Assembly (NCBI GenBank): GCA_963806185.1
Contig: CAWDXE010000007.1
Span: forward strand, 896,001 to 960,000
Length of the DNA: 64,000 nucleotides
Direction of reading: 5' to 3'
Source of the DNA: an uncultured candidate division Zixibacteria bacterium
GTDB lineage: Bacteria; Zixibacteria; MSB-5A5; GN15; FEB-12
In this document: piece by piece, positions 52,371 through 60,475 of the stretch
How the letters are laid out: the number at the start of each line of letters is the position of its first letter
Position numbering within the stretch: position 1 is the stretch's first letter
Program-made: the position numbers and the translations under genes
Notes under the pieces: model-generated
Databases searched by the model: none
The model's input: only the letters and a program-made list of their open reading frames with translations
What the model was told of the DNA's origin: nothing

Positions 52371-53381
52371 CTACGCTGTGGTGAGTTGAATCCACGCCTG
52401 AAGTTTATGTTTGGCGGCTTCGCTGTCAATCGATTCCAGGGCGATTTTGACGCCATCGCGAATATCCCCTGCTTTTGCTCCGACATAGATCATCGCACCG
52501 GCATTGAAGGCGACGGCGTCGCGATAGGCCGATTTCCGGCCGTCGAGCACGTCGTTGAGAATGCGGGCGTTGGTCGGCGCATCGCCGCCCTCCAGGCTTC
52601 CCGCGGGATGGCGGGTGAGACCGACATCCTCAGGAGCAATGCGCCTGAGCGCCTGACCGTACGGCGAGACCTCGATGTATTCGGTCATGTCAGTGACGGA
52701 GAATTCGTCCAGACCGTCGGTCGAATGCACGACGAGAGCGTGTTTGCAGCCGAGCAGCCGGACGACATCAGCGAGAAGAACCATGAGTGAGCGGTCATAG
52801 ACGCCGATAACCTGACGCTGGACGCCGGCCGGATTGGTGAGCGGTCCGAGCACGTTGAACACGGTGCGAATACCCAGTTCCTTGCGCACCGGTGCGGCGT
52901 GGCGCATCGCCGGATGGAAGCGAGGGGCAAACATGAAGCCAAAGCCGAGTTTCGAAAGGGTTAGCTCTACCTTCATGGGGCCCGGATCGATGTTGCCACC
53001 GGTGCTTTCGAGCAGATCGGCGGAGCCGCACAGAGAGCTAACGGAGCGGTTGCCATGCTTGGCAACGTTGACGCCGGCGGCAGATGCGACAATCGAGGCG
53101 GCGGTCGAGATATTGAACGTGTGAGCGGAATCGCCGCCCGTCCCGCAGCCGTCGACAGCATGGTCCTCGAACATATGAATCCTGACCGCATGGCGTCGCA
53201 TGGAAAGGGCAAAGCCGGCGATCTCCTCGGCCTTCTCCCCTCTTTGTCGGAGAGCGACGAGCAGTCCGGCAATTTGCGCCGGGGTGGCCTGGCCGGTCAT
53301 GATCTGGTCCATGACAATAGCGGCCTCTTCGGTCGACAAAGTGGCGCCACTGAGCACCTGTTTGAGAGCATCTTGTATCAT
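52371..53381 (-). CDS. trpD: Anthranilate phosphoribosyltransferase
   Basis: Motifs CGTGGD, NIST, KHGNRSVSS..GSAD, RTVFN.LGP and DGLDE. Confidence 0.97.
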   Translation of the reverse strand: MIQDALKQVLSGATLSTEEAAIVMDQIMTGQATPAQIAGLLVALRQRGEKAEEIAGFALSMRRHAVRIHMFEDHAVDGCGTGGDSAHTFNISTAASIVASAAGVNVAKHGNRSVSSLCGSADLLESTGGNIDPGPMKVELTLSKLGFGFMFAPRFHPAMRHAAPVRKELGIRTVFNVLGPLTNPAGVQRQVIGVYDRSLMVLLADVVRLLGCKHALVVHSTDGLDEFSVTDMTEYIEVSPYGQALRRIAPEDVGLTRHPAGSLEGGDAPTNARILNDVLDGRKSAYRDAVAFNAGAMIYVGAKAGDIRDGVKIALESIDSEAAKHKLQAWIQLTTA

Positions 53382-53384
53382 AGA

Positions 53385-53951
53385 CTACAGGCTTCTCAGG
53401 AAATTTCGCAGGATCGTCTTGCCGTGGGTGGTCAGGATCGACTCGGGGTGAAACTGCACGCCGACAATCGGAAGCGCGCGGTGCTGCACGCCCATGATGA
53501 CACCGTCGGCCGTGCGCGCAGTCACTGCCAACTCGGCCGGAAGGGTCGCCGGGTCGATGACGAGGGAATGGTAGCGGGTGGCGGTAAACGGTGACGGAAC
53601 GTCACGATAAAGAAACGATTCATCGTGCAGAACTTCGGACGTCTTCCCGTGCATGAGAGTCGGTGCATAAGTGATCCGGGCGCCAAAGACCTGACCGATC
53701 GCCTGGTGCCCGAGACAGATGCCCAAGATGGGTATGCGACCAGCGGCTTTTTCGATCAGCACGGGCATGATGCCCGCGTTCTCGGGACGGCCGGGGCCGG
53801 GTGACAGTACGATGCCGGTCGGATGCTCGTCGAGCAGCGACGCGGCCGTGGCGGCGTCATTGCGGACTACTTTCAGTTCGGCGCCCAATTCGCCGAGGTA
53901 TTGCACGACGTTGTAGGTGAACGAGTCGTAGTTGTCCAGCAGGAGGATCAA
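53385..53951 (-). CDS. trpG: Anthranilate synthase component II (TTG start overlapping the trpE stop)
   Basis: Motifs DNYDSFTYN, SPGPG, GICLGHQ, RYHSL and QFHPES. Confidence 0.95.
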   Translation of the reverse strand: MILLLDNYDSFTYNVVQYLGELGAELKVVRNDAATAASLLDEHPTGIVLSPGPGRPENAGIMPVLIEKAAGRIPILGICLGHQAIGQVFGARITYAPTLMHGKTSEVLHDESFLYRDVPSPFTATRYHSLVIDPATLPAELAVTARTADGVIMGVQHRALPIVGVQFHPESILTTHGKTILRNFLRSL

Positions 53952-55408
53952 ATGTCGACCCCCCGGATAGCGGCAACAGCCGCTTTGGCTTTGTCGATGG
54001 TTTCCTGGTATTCCCGTGTGGGGTTGGAATCGGCAACGATACCGGCACCGGCCTGAACGAAATAGGACTGACTTTTCTTGACGATGGTGCGGATCGCAAT
54101 ACACGAGTCGAGATTGCCCCAGAAATCGAGGTAGGCGATGGAGCCGGCGTAAACACCGCGCCGGGTTGGTTCGAGTTCGTCGATAATTTCCATAGCCCGA
54201 ATCTTCGGGGCACCGGAAACAGTCCCCGCGGGGAAACAGGCAAAGTAGGCGTCGAGGGCACTGATGTCCTTCTTCAAGGTACCCTTGACCGAACTGACGA
54301 GGTGGATGACATGCGAGTATTTCTCAACCTTCATGTTGTCGTGCACACCCACGGAGCCGGGAACGCTGACGCGGCCGATGTCATTGCGGCCAAGGTCGAG
54401 CAGCATGGTATGTTCGGCGATTTCCTTTTCGTCGTTGCGAAGATCAACAATCAGGTGTTCGTCTTCCGCATCAGTTTTGCCGCGCGGCCGCGTTCCGGCG
54501 ATCGGGCGTCCTTCGATCGTGCCATCCTCGATACGAACGAGCATCTCGGGCGACGAGCCGATGACGGCATTGTCGCCAAAATTGAGCAGAAACATATACG
54601 GCGACGGGTTTAGTCGGCGCAGGTTTCGATACACTGACAGAGGGTCGCTTTTGGAGTTGAGACGCCATCTCTGCGACAGGACTACTTGAAGGATGTCGCC
54701 TTCTTTGATATGGTGTTCAGCGCGGCGGACCATGGTCTCGAAGTCGGGGCGGGTTTGCTCGGCGATCATGCGCACCTTTTGCTTTTTGGGTGGCGGCTTC
54801 GGGATACGGAGGGGACGCTGCAGAGCGGAGATGGTCTCTTTCAGGAGACGCTGAGCGCGGGTAATTTTGGCCGCCAGGCCCTTTTGACCTGAGTCGTGAA
54901 GCACGTTGACAATAACGATAATCTCCTGGCGGAGGTGGTCAAAGACGACAATTCGGCTATACAGGCCAAACTGGCATTCGGGCAAGCCGATGGGATCGGG
55001 GCGGGTATCGGGGACTCGTTCAATCCATCGGATCGCATCATAGGAAAAATAGCCGACACCGCCGCCGGTAAATCGAGGCAGACCCTCAATCCGCACGGGC
55101 TGATACACCGAGAAGAGTTCCTTGAGAAATTCGAGCGGGCTGGCGGCGATATGTCGTTCCTTTTTCCCCTGGCGGACGATGACTTGTTTCCAGCGTCCCT
55201 CGATAACGAGAAAGGGATCGACGCCGATGAAGGAGTAGCGGGCCAACTTCTCCCCTCCTTCGACGGATTCAAGCAAGAACGAGTAGGGTCGACCGGACGC
55301 CAGTTTGATATAGGCACCCACCGGGGTTTCGAGATCAGATGGAATACGCGCGAAGACGGGGATCACGTTCCCTTGTTTCGCCAGAGCAGCAATGGCTTTT
55401 GCGGTCAT
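53948..55408 (-). CDS. trpE: Anthranilate synthase component I
   Basis: Motifs LLES, NPSPYM, SSPE, PIAGT, EH.ML.DLGRND, FPAGTVSGAPK and QAGAGIVADS; ATGA overlap with the dapF-like gene. Confidence 0.96.
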   Translation of the reverse strand: MTAKAIAALAKQGNVIPVFARIPSDLETPVGAYIKLASGRPYSFLLESVEGGEKLARYSFIGVDPFLVIEGRWKQVIVRQGKKERHIAASPLEFLKELFSVYQPVRIEGLPRFTGGGVGYFSYDAIRWIERVPDTRPDPIGLPECQFGLYSRIVVFDHLRQEIIVIVNVLHDSGQKGLAAKITRAQRLLKETISALQRPLRIPKPPPKKQKVRMIAEQTRPDFETMVRRAEHHIKEGDILQVVLSQRWRLNSKSDPLSVYRNLRRLNPSPYMFLLNFGDNAVIGSSPEMLVRIEDGTIEGRPIAGTRPRGKTDAEDEHLIVDLRNDEKEIAEHTMLLDLGRNDIGRVSVPGSVGVHDNMKVEKYSHVIHLVSSVKGTLKKDISALDAYFACFPAGTVSGAPKIRAMEIIDELEPTRRGVYAGSIAYLDFWGNLDSCIAIRTIVKKSQSYFVQAGAGIVADSNPTREYQETIDKAKAAVAAIRGVDI

Positions 55409-56253
55409 CGGGTCCACAGGAATTCTCCTTCGCCGATGAATTCGGCCGGTCCGGTGAGTTCGATGATATTCGTTTTGGCGTTCCAGTGCACATGAAGCGA
55501 TCCGGGTCGAAAGACAACTTCGCAGCGGCGATCGACCAGTCCGAGCATGACACCGGCGGCGACGGCGGCCGCCGCTCCCGTACCGGATGAGCCGGTGGGG
55601 CCTGCGCCCCGCTCCCATTCGGCAACTTCCATTTTCTTGCGGCTGACAACACGGACGAATTCGACGTTGGTGGCATTCGGAAACACGGGCGCCTTTTCGA
55701 TTCTGGCTCCCAGTTCCTGCCAGGCAAATTTGAAGGTGTCTACGAGGATGATGGCGTGAGGATTGCCGACGGAGAGGCAAGTCATGCGATGGCGCCGGCC
55801 ATCGACGACGACGGGCGAATTGATGATGGTATAGAGCCGGGACTTCACCGGGATGCGTTTGGCGACGAAATCCGGGGCGCCGATTTCAGCCGTAAACTGG
55901 GGCAATTTTCGTCGTTCTGAAGGGCGAACGGCGTTGATGGTGCCGGCGACCTCGAAGCTGACGGGAGCGGGGCGTTTGGAGAGCCGGGCGAGATGAAGGG
56001 CGGCAATGCGGAGGCCGTTGCCCGACTTTTCGGCCCAGGAGCCGTCGGCGTTGAAAATATCCATTTTCCGGTCGGCTTTTCGGCTTTTCGAGAGGACGAG
56101 GATTCCGTCAGCGCCAATACCCCGGTTGGGGTGACAGATGGCGACGGCAAGTTTTGACCACTGTGCCCGACTGAGGCGCAGACGATCGGCCGGGATCACG
56201 AGAAACGTGTTTTCCAAGCCATGGTATTTAGCAAAAGATATGTTCATAGTCAT
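55405..56253 (-). CDS. dapF: Diaminopimelate epimerase-like protein with Ser at both catalytic Cys positions
   Basis: Motifs GIGADG, FNADGS, EKSGNG (canonical EMCGNG), GNPH, NVEF and ERGAG.TGSSGTG (canonical TLACGTG). Confidence 0.8.
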   Translation of the reverse strand: MTMNISFAKYHGLENTFLVIPADRLRLSRAQWSKLAVAICHPNRGIGADGILVLSKSRKADRKMDIFNADGSWAEKSGNGLRIAALHLARLSKRPAPVSFEVAGTINAVRPSERRKLPQFTAEIGAPDFVAKRIPVKSRLYTIINSPVVVDGRRHRMTCLSVGNPHAIILVDTFKFAWQELGARIEKAPVFPNATNVEFVRVVSRKKMEVAEWERGAGPTGSSGTGAAAAVAAGVMLGLVDRRCEVVFRPGSLHVHWNAKTNIIELTGPAEFIGEGEFLWTR

Positions 56254-56283
56254 TGAATGTTCAATCTTGCCGCTTGCAGGGCA

Positions 56284-56311
56284 ATAAAAAAACCCGCCGA
56301 AGAGGCGGGTT
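56284..56311 (-). terminator. Attenuator terminator upstream of dapF-trpE
   Basis: AACCCGCC-TCTTC-GGCGGGTT followed by TTTTTAT on the minus strand. Confidence 0.9.
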
Positions 56312-56343
56312 GAATGTACGATTTGCTCTGCAATGAGGGCAAT

Positions 56344-56475
56344 TTACCGATCGCGCCGCCTCCGAACCGGGACAAAGCTATACCGACGCCACTGCCACAT
56401 CGCCCAAACAACGGCAACATTAAGCAGAAGTGCCGCAACGGCTCCGATCTCTATGGTAATATACGCGTTCATCAT
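56344..56475 (-). CDS. trpL: Trp attenuation leader peptide (43 aa, or 42 aa from the ATG at 56472); absent from the ORF track
   Basis: Translates as MMNAYITIEIGAVAALLLNVAVVWAMWQWRRYSFVPVRRRRDR*. Three TGG codons, GAGGT SD, and the stop lies 32 nt before the terminator stem. Confidence 0.8.
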   Translation of the reverse strand: MMNAYITIEIGAVAALLLNVAVVWAMWQWRRYSFVPVRRRRDR

Positions 56476-56489
56476 TGACCTCAGATATC

Positions 56490-56517
56490 AATATATGTCA
56501 TTTCACGTATTTAGCAA
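56490..56517 (-). promoter_or_regulatory. Putative promoter of the trp leader
   Basis: TTGCTA-N16-TATATT overlapping the end of the upstream aminotransferase gene. Confidence 0.55.
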
Positions 56518-57715
56518 ACAAATTCGCGAGTCGGGCGACGCCTTCATCGATTTGCGCCGGCAGAGCGTTGGAGAAATTGAGCCGGAGCGTGTTTTCACCG
56601 CCGCCGTTGGCAAAAAACGGGGCACCGGGAACGTAGGCCACTTTCAGGTCGACCGCCTGCTGGAAGAGCGCCTGCGCCGAACAATGTTCGGGAAGGGTCA
56701 GCCAGAGGAACAGTCCGCCTTCCGGGCGGGTCCAGGTGATCCCCTTGGGGAAGCGATCCTCAAGAAGTTTCAGCATGAGATTTCGCTTCATGAGGTAATC
56801 GTCACGAATTCGCTGGACGTGCGGTTCAAAGCGGCCGGACTTCATGTACTCAAAGATCATGTACTGGTTGAAGGTGCTGCTGTGCAGATCGGTGAATTGT
56901 TTCACTTTTTCAAGAATGGCCATAAGCTTGCCGGGGCCGACAATCCATCCGACCCGAAGTCCGGGAGTGACGGTTTTGGAGAAGGTTCGGAGAGCGATGA
57001 CTCCGTCTCCGCCCAGACTTTTGAGGCTGGGCAGAGGAGTACCGGCGAATCGGATATAGGCATACGGGTTGTCATCGACGATCGGGACGTGATAGCGCGC
57101 AGCCACAGCGACCAATGCTTTGCGGCGTTCGAGCGACATGGTAATTCCAGTGGGATTCTGGAAATCGGAGATTACGTAGATGAACTTGGGACGATATTGG
57201 CGAAGCCGATCTTCCACCTGATCGACGATCATCCCGTCCTCGTCCATATCCACTGTACAATAGCGGGCCTGGTAGTAGCCGAAGACCTGGAGGGCACCGA
57301 CGTAGGTGGGGTTTTCGGTCAGAATGTAATCGCCGGGATTCAGAAAGGTCCGAGCAAGCATCTCGATACCCTGCTGGGCGCCGGTGGTAATCATGATATT
57401 GTCAGCGGTGGCGTGCCCGCCCTCGGAGGTCTCTCGCTGGGCCAGCAGCTCGCGCAGAGGCGTGATGCCTCGCGTGAGCGTGTACTGCAGAGCGGGGGCA
57501 CCGTAGGAATCGAGCACCTGCGAGCACACAGCTTTGAGATCTTCGAGGGGAAAGAGTTCCGGGGCAGGGAGACCGCCGGCAAACGAAATAACGCCCGGCT
57601 GAGAGGCGAATTTAAGGATTTCGCGAATGACGGAGGGCTTCAAGTCGACCACGCCCTGGGTGATCGCCCAACCGTCGATACTCGCGTTTTGTTGAGTCGA
57701 ATCTACGGGATTCAT
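56498..57715 (-). CDS. PLP-dependent aminotransferase (LysN/2-aminoadipate or aromatic transaminase-like)
   Basis: Motifs SVIREILK, ISFAGGLP, TGAQQG, FQNPTG, DNPY, TFSKT.TPGLRVGW and PEGGLF; no HTH. Confidence 0.9.
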   Translation of the reverse strand: MNPVDSTQQNASIDGWAITQGVVDLKPSVIREILKFASQPGVISFAGGLPAPELFPLEDLKAVCSQVLDSYGAPALQYTLTRGITPLRELLAQRETSEGGHATADNIMITTGAQQGIEMLARTFLNPGDYILTENPTYVGALQVFGYYQARYCTVDMDEDGMIVDQVEDRLRQYRPKFIYVISDFQNPTGITMSLERRKALVAVAARYHVPIVDDNPYAYIRFAGTPLPSLKSLGGDGVIALRTFSKTVTPGLRVGWIVGPGKLMAILEKVKQFTDLHSSTFNQYMIFEYMKSGRFEPHVQRIRDDYLMKRNLMLKLLEDRFPKGITWTRPEGGLFLWLTLPEHCSAQALFQQAVDLKVAYVPGAPFFANGGGENTLRLNFSNALPAQIDEGVARLANLFAKYVK

Positions 57716-57881
57716 AATTCTCAATGGTTCCTGTCTGCTTCACAATTGTCTAATATGGTGGAGATCATACGCGGGCAATATAGCCACTTTGACGGTGAGA
57801 GCAACCGCTTCCGGAGAGTGCTATTTCGAGTGGCAGTTTAGTCTTGCCAGCCTTGGGTTGTGTTGCCTACCTTTGAGGTTT

Positions 57882-59315
57882 ATGCAGCAAGATATTATAG
57901 GAAATTACCGGGTAGTTCAGAAGATTGGCGCCGGCGGTATGGCCAAAGTGTACCTGGCCGTGCATGTTGATATTCCCAATCTGAAGGTGATTCTCAAAAT
58001 ACTCGAAGATCCGCAGTTGGTGGATCGTTTTCGCCAGGAAGCGGACAAGCTGGCGTTGCTCGACGGCAACTCGAAGATCTGTCAGATCAAGCACTTCTTC
58101 GCCCATGGTGACGAATTTGTCATCGCGATGGAATATATCGACGGGGTTTCGCTGGATCAGACGGTGAAGGAGCTGGGGCGGCTGCCGTTGGGCGAGGCGG
58201 TACGGATCATGTGCGAAGTGCTGGATGTGCTTGATTTCGCCCACAGCAAGGAGATTTATCATCGCGATATCAAACCGTCGAATATCATGATCGACAAGCG
58301 CGGGATGGTAAAGGTGATCGATTTCGGGATTGCCAAGGGGAAATCCGATCCCGATTTGACGATTGCCGGCACGGCCTGCGGTACACCGTCGTATATGGCG
58401 CCGGAGCAATTTACGCCGACGCCGAGCACGAATTACGGTGTAATTGACATCTACGCGGCGGGAACGACACTCTTCAACCTGGTGACCGGTGATCTGCCAT
58501 TTAAGGCCGACAACGAGTTCCTGCTGCGCGACGCGAAGCTGTTTAATGAGCCGGTATCGCCGCGGTCGCTGAATCCGGAAATACCCAAGGCGCTGGAGGA
58601 AGTCATCCTCAAGTCGCTGAAGCGTACGCCGACGGAACGGTATATGACGGCAGCTGCCATGAAGAAGGCGCTGGAGGCAGTGCCTCTCCCTCGCGATTCC
58701 GGATCGCATCACGAGAAGACGGTGGCAATTGGCACGTCGACGGAAAAAAAGACGGACTCCAGATCACGGGCGGGGATGTTCGTTGGAATTGCGGCCGCAA
58801 TCGTGATTGTGGGAGTGGGAGCCTACTGGATGCTGGGTGGGAAAAGTGAACCCGCAGGAAATGTCCCAAGTTCAATTCCATCCGGAGATAGCTTACACAC
58901 CGCACAAGCGACCGATACCCAGAAGCAGGTGACGGAGCCGGCACAAGTTGCGCAGGACCAACCTCGCACGGCGACCACCGCTGAGCAGAATTCGAATAGA
59001 CAGACTGTCGAAAACTCACGGCCCCAAACCACGACGACAGGTGAGTCACCCAAGCCGGTGACGGTCGAGCCGGTCAAACAGCAACCGGTGGGATCGGCCG
59101 AAGTGCGTATCGGATCCGGCAGTTACCCGGGAGCGCGAATCTATATTAATGGGAAGCTTCAGGACGAAGTCACGCCGTATGCGTTCAAGCTGACGCCGGG
59201 TGAATATCGGATAGAAGTAAAGACGGAAATCGACGGGCAGGCGGCAAGTCGTGATACGACGCTGACAATAGCGGCGGGAGACGCAGTGAGAGTGAATCTG
59301 AAATTCGATCAATAA
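57882..59315 (+). CDS. Hanks-type Ser/Thr protein kinase with one TM, a Thr/Gln/Pro linker and a PEGA-like C-terminal domain
   Basis: Motifs IGAGGMAKVY, ILK, E (alphaC), HRDIKPSN, DFG and GTPSYMAPE; TM GIAAAIVIVGVGAYW; C-terminal PGARIYING..TP...LTPGEYRIEV. Confidence 0.92.
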   Translation: MQQDIIGNYRVVQKIGAGGMAKVYLAVHVDIPNLKVILKILEDPQLVDRFRQEADKLALLDGNSKICQIKHFFAHGDEFVIAMEYIDGVSLDQTVKELGRLPLGEAVRIMCEVLDVLDFAHSKEIYHRDIKPSNIMIDKRGMVKVIDFGIAKGKSDPDLTIAGTACGTPSYMAPEQFTPTPSTNYGVIDIYAAGTTLFNLVTGDLPFKADNEFLLRDAKLFNEPVSPRSLNPEIPKALEEVILKSLKRTPTERYMTAAAMKKALEAVPLPRDSGSHHEKTVAIGTSTEKKTDSRSRAGMFVGIAAAIVIVGVGAYWMLGGKSEPAGNVPSSIPSGDSLHTAQATDTQKQVTEPAQVAQDQPRTATTAEQNSNRQTVENSRPQTTTTGESPKPVTVEPVKQQPVGSAEVRIGSGSYPGARIYINGKLQDEVTPYAFKLTPGEYRIEVKTEIDGQAASRDTTLTIAAGDAVRVNLKFDQ

Positions 59316-59404
59316 GAGTTGCGCGAGCAGAATTGTGGTTTCTATATTGATGCTGTCCCGACAATTTTTTGAAAAACAATGCATATCAATATGAGGGTAC
59401 CAGT

Positions 59405-60454
59405 ATGGTGAGCACTTCGCACATGGCAAGGCGAGCAGGTCTTGCGGTCGGCATCGCGGTCCTCTGCGTGACCGCGGCATTTGCGCAGGTCCAGAAGAGC
59501 AGCACGGTTCCGGAACAGTTGGCCGAGGCCGTCCGGCTGTACAGTGACCTGGAGTTTGAAAAGGCGTTGGGAGTAGCTAATGACGTGTTGGCTCGCCCGG
59601 GATTGACGACGCAGGACAGCGTGGCCATTCTGGAGGTGTTGAGCATCGTCAACTACGCCAAGGGGGCGGAATTCCAGCGCAAAGCGTTCAGCTATCTGGA
59701 GCAGATTTCGAAAATCGGCCCCTGTGTCCTGCAATTGCCTCGCGACATCTGGCCTCAGGAGCTGCGGACCAAGTGGTTCAGATTGACCAACGCGAAGGAC
59801 TCGCTGTTGTGTCATGTAAATTCGGAACCGGGGCAGAAGACGGTGGCAATCCTGCCCTTTGACAATTACTCGGTGGGAAAGTACCAGCAGGAGCTAGGCA
59901 TGTTGAGCCGGGCGCTCTCTGAATTCATGGTGCTCGACTTCATGAAACTGGGCAATATGAAAGTGGTTGAGCGCGATAAGATCGAATTCATTCTGAAGGA
60001 ACTGGAACTGCAGAAGTCGGGGGCGGTTGACCAGTCCACGGCATCCAAGGTCGGCAAGATCGTCGGGGCGCAGTACATGGTTTTCGGCAGTATTACGCAG
60101 CTCGACGACAAGACGGCGGCGATGATGGCCCGGGTGGTCAAGGTTGAGACGTCGGAAATTGTCGCCTCGGCGGATATCCAGGGTAAGCCGGAATATCTGA
60201 AGATGCAGAAGGATCTGGTGGCGGACCTGGCGAAGAAACTGGATGAGACGCTGGGCAGCAATGTTCGTCAACTCATTCAGGAAGCCTCGACCGAGACGAT
60301 GGACGCGGCGAAGTACTACTCGCAAGGTCTGGAATTTGTCGATCAGTACGAATACAAGAAGGCGTATGACGCCTTCAAGAAAGCGTACGATATGGACAAG
60401 ACGTTTGCTGAAGCGAAGAAGAAAATGGATGTCTACCGACCGTTGGCCGGTTAA
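59405..60454 (+). CDS. Exported protein with a CsgG/FlgO-like domain and TPR-like helices
   Basis: Signal peptide ending AFA; VAILPFDN..KVVERDKIEFILKEL..VDQSTASKVGKIVGAQYMVFGS..ARVVKVETSEI. Confidence 0.75.
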   Translation: MVSTSHMARRAGLAVGIAVLCVTAAFAQVQKSSTVPEQLAEAVRLYSDLEFEKALGVANDVLARPGLTTQDSVAILEVLSIVNYAKGAEFQRKAFSYLEQISKIGPCVLQLPRDIWPQELRTKWFRLTNAKDSLLCHVNSEPGQKTVAILPFDNYSVGKYQQELGMLSRALSEFMVLDFMKLGNMKVVERDKIEFILKELELQKSGAVDQSTASKVGKIVGAQYMVFGSITQLDDKTAAMMARVVKVETSEIVASADIQGKPEYLKMQKDLVADLAKKLDETLGSNVRQLIQEASTETMDAAKYYSQGLEFVDQYEYKKAYDAFKKAYDMDKTFAEAKKKMDVYRPLAG

Positions 60455-60475
60455 GCGCAAAGGAAAGCGGAATTC

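Noticed and set aside
55409..55780. Long N-terminal extensions of the trpE ORF (likewise trpG, trpB, trpC and the amidase) in the ORF track
   Set aside because: They overlap upstream genes and lack homology; downstream starts coupled to the upstream stop codons fit better.
56250..56438. 62 aa minus-strand ORF upstream of the dapF-like gene
   Set aside because: It runs through the terminator, has no SD and no Trp codons; the overlapping Trp-rich ORF in another frame explains the region.
56254..56497. T-box or TRAP-type regulation of the trp operon
   Set aside because: No T-box consensus and no (G/U)AG repeat array; the leader-peptide model fits directly.
56333..57841. 502 aa plus-strand ORF
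   Set aside because: Antisense shadow of the aminotransferase and the trp leader; no recognisable motifs; long shadow ORFs are common in GC-rich DNA.
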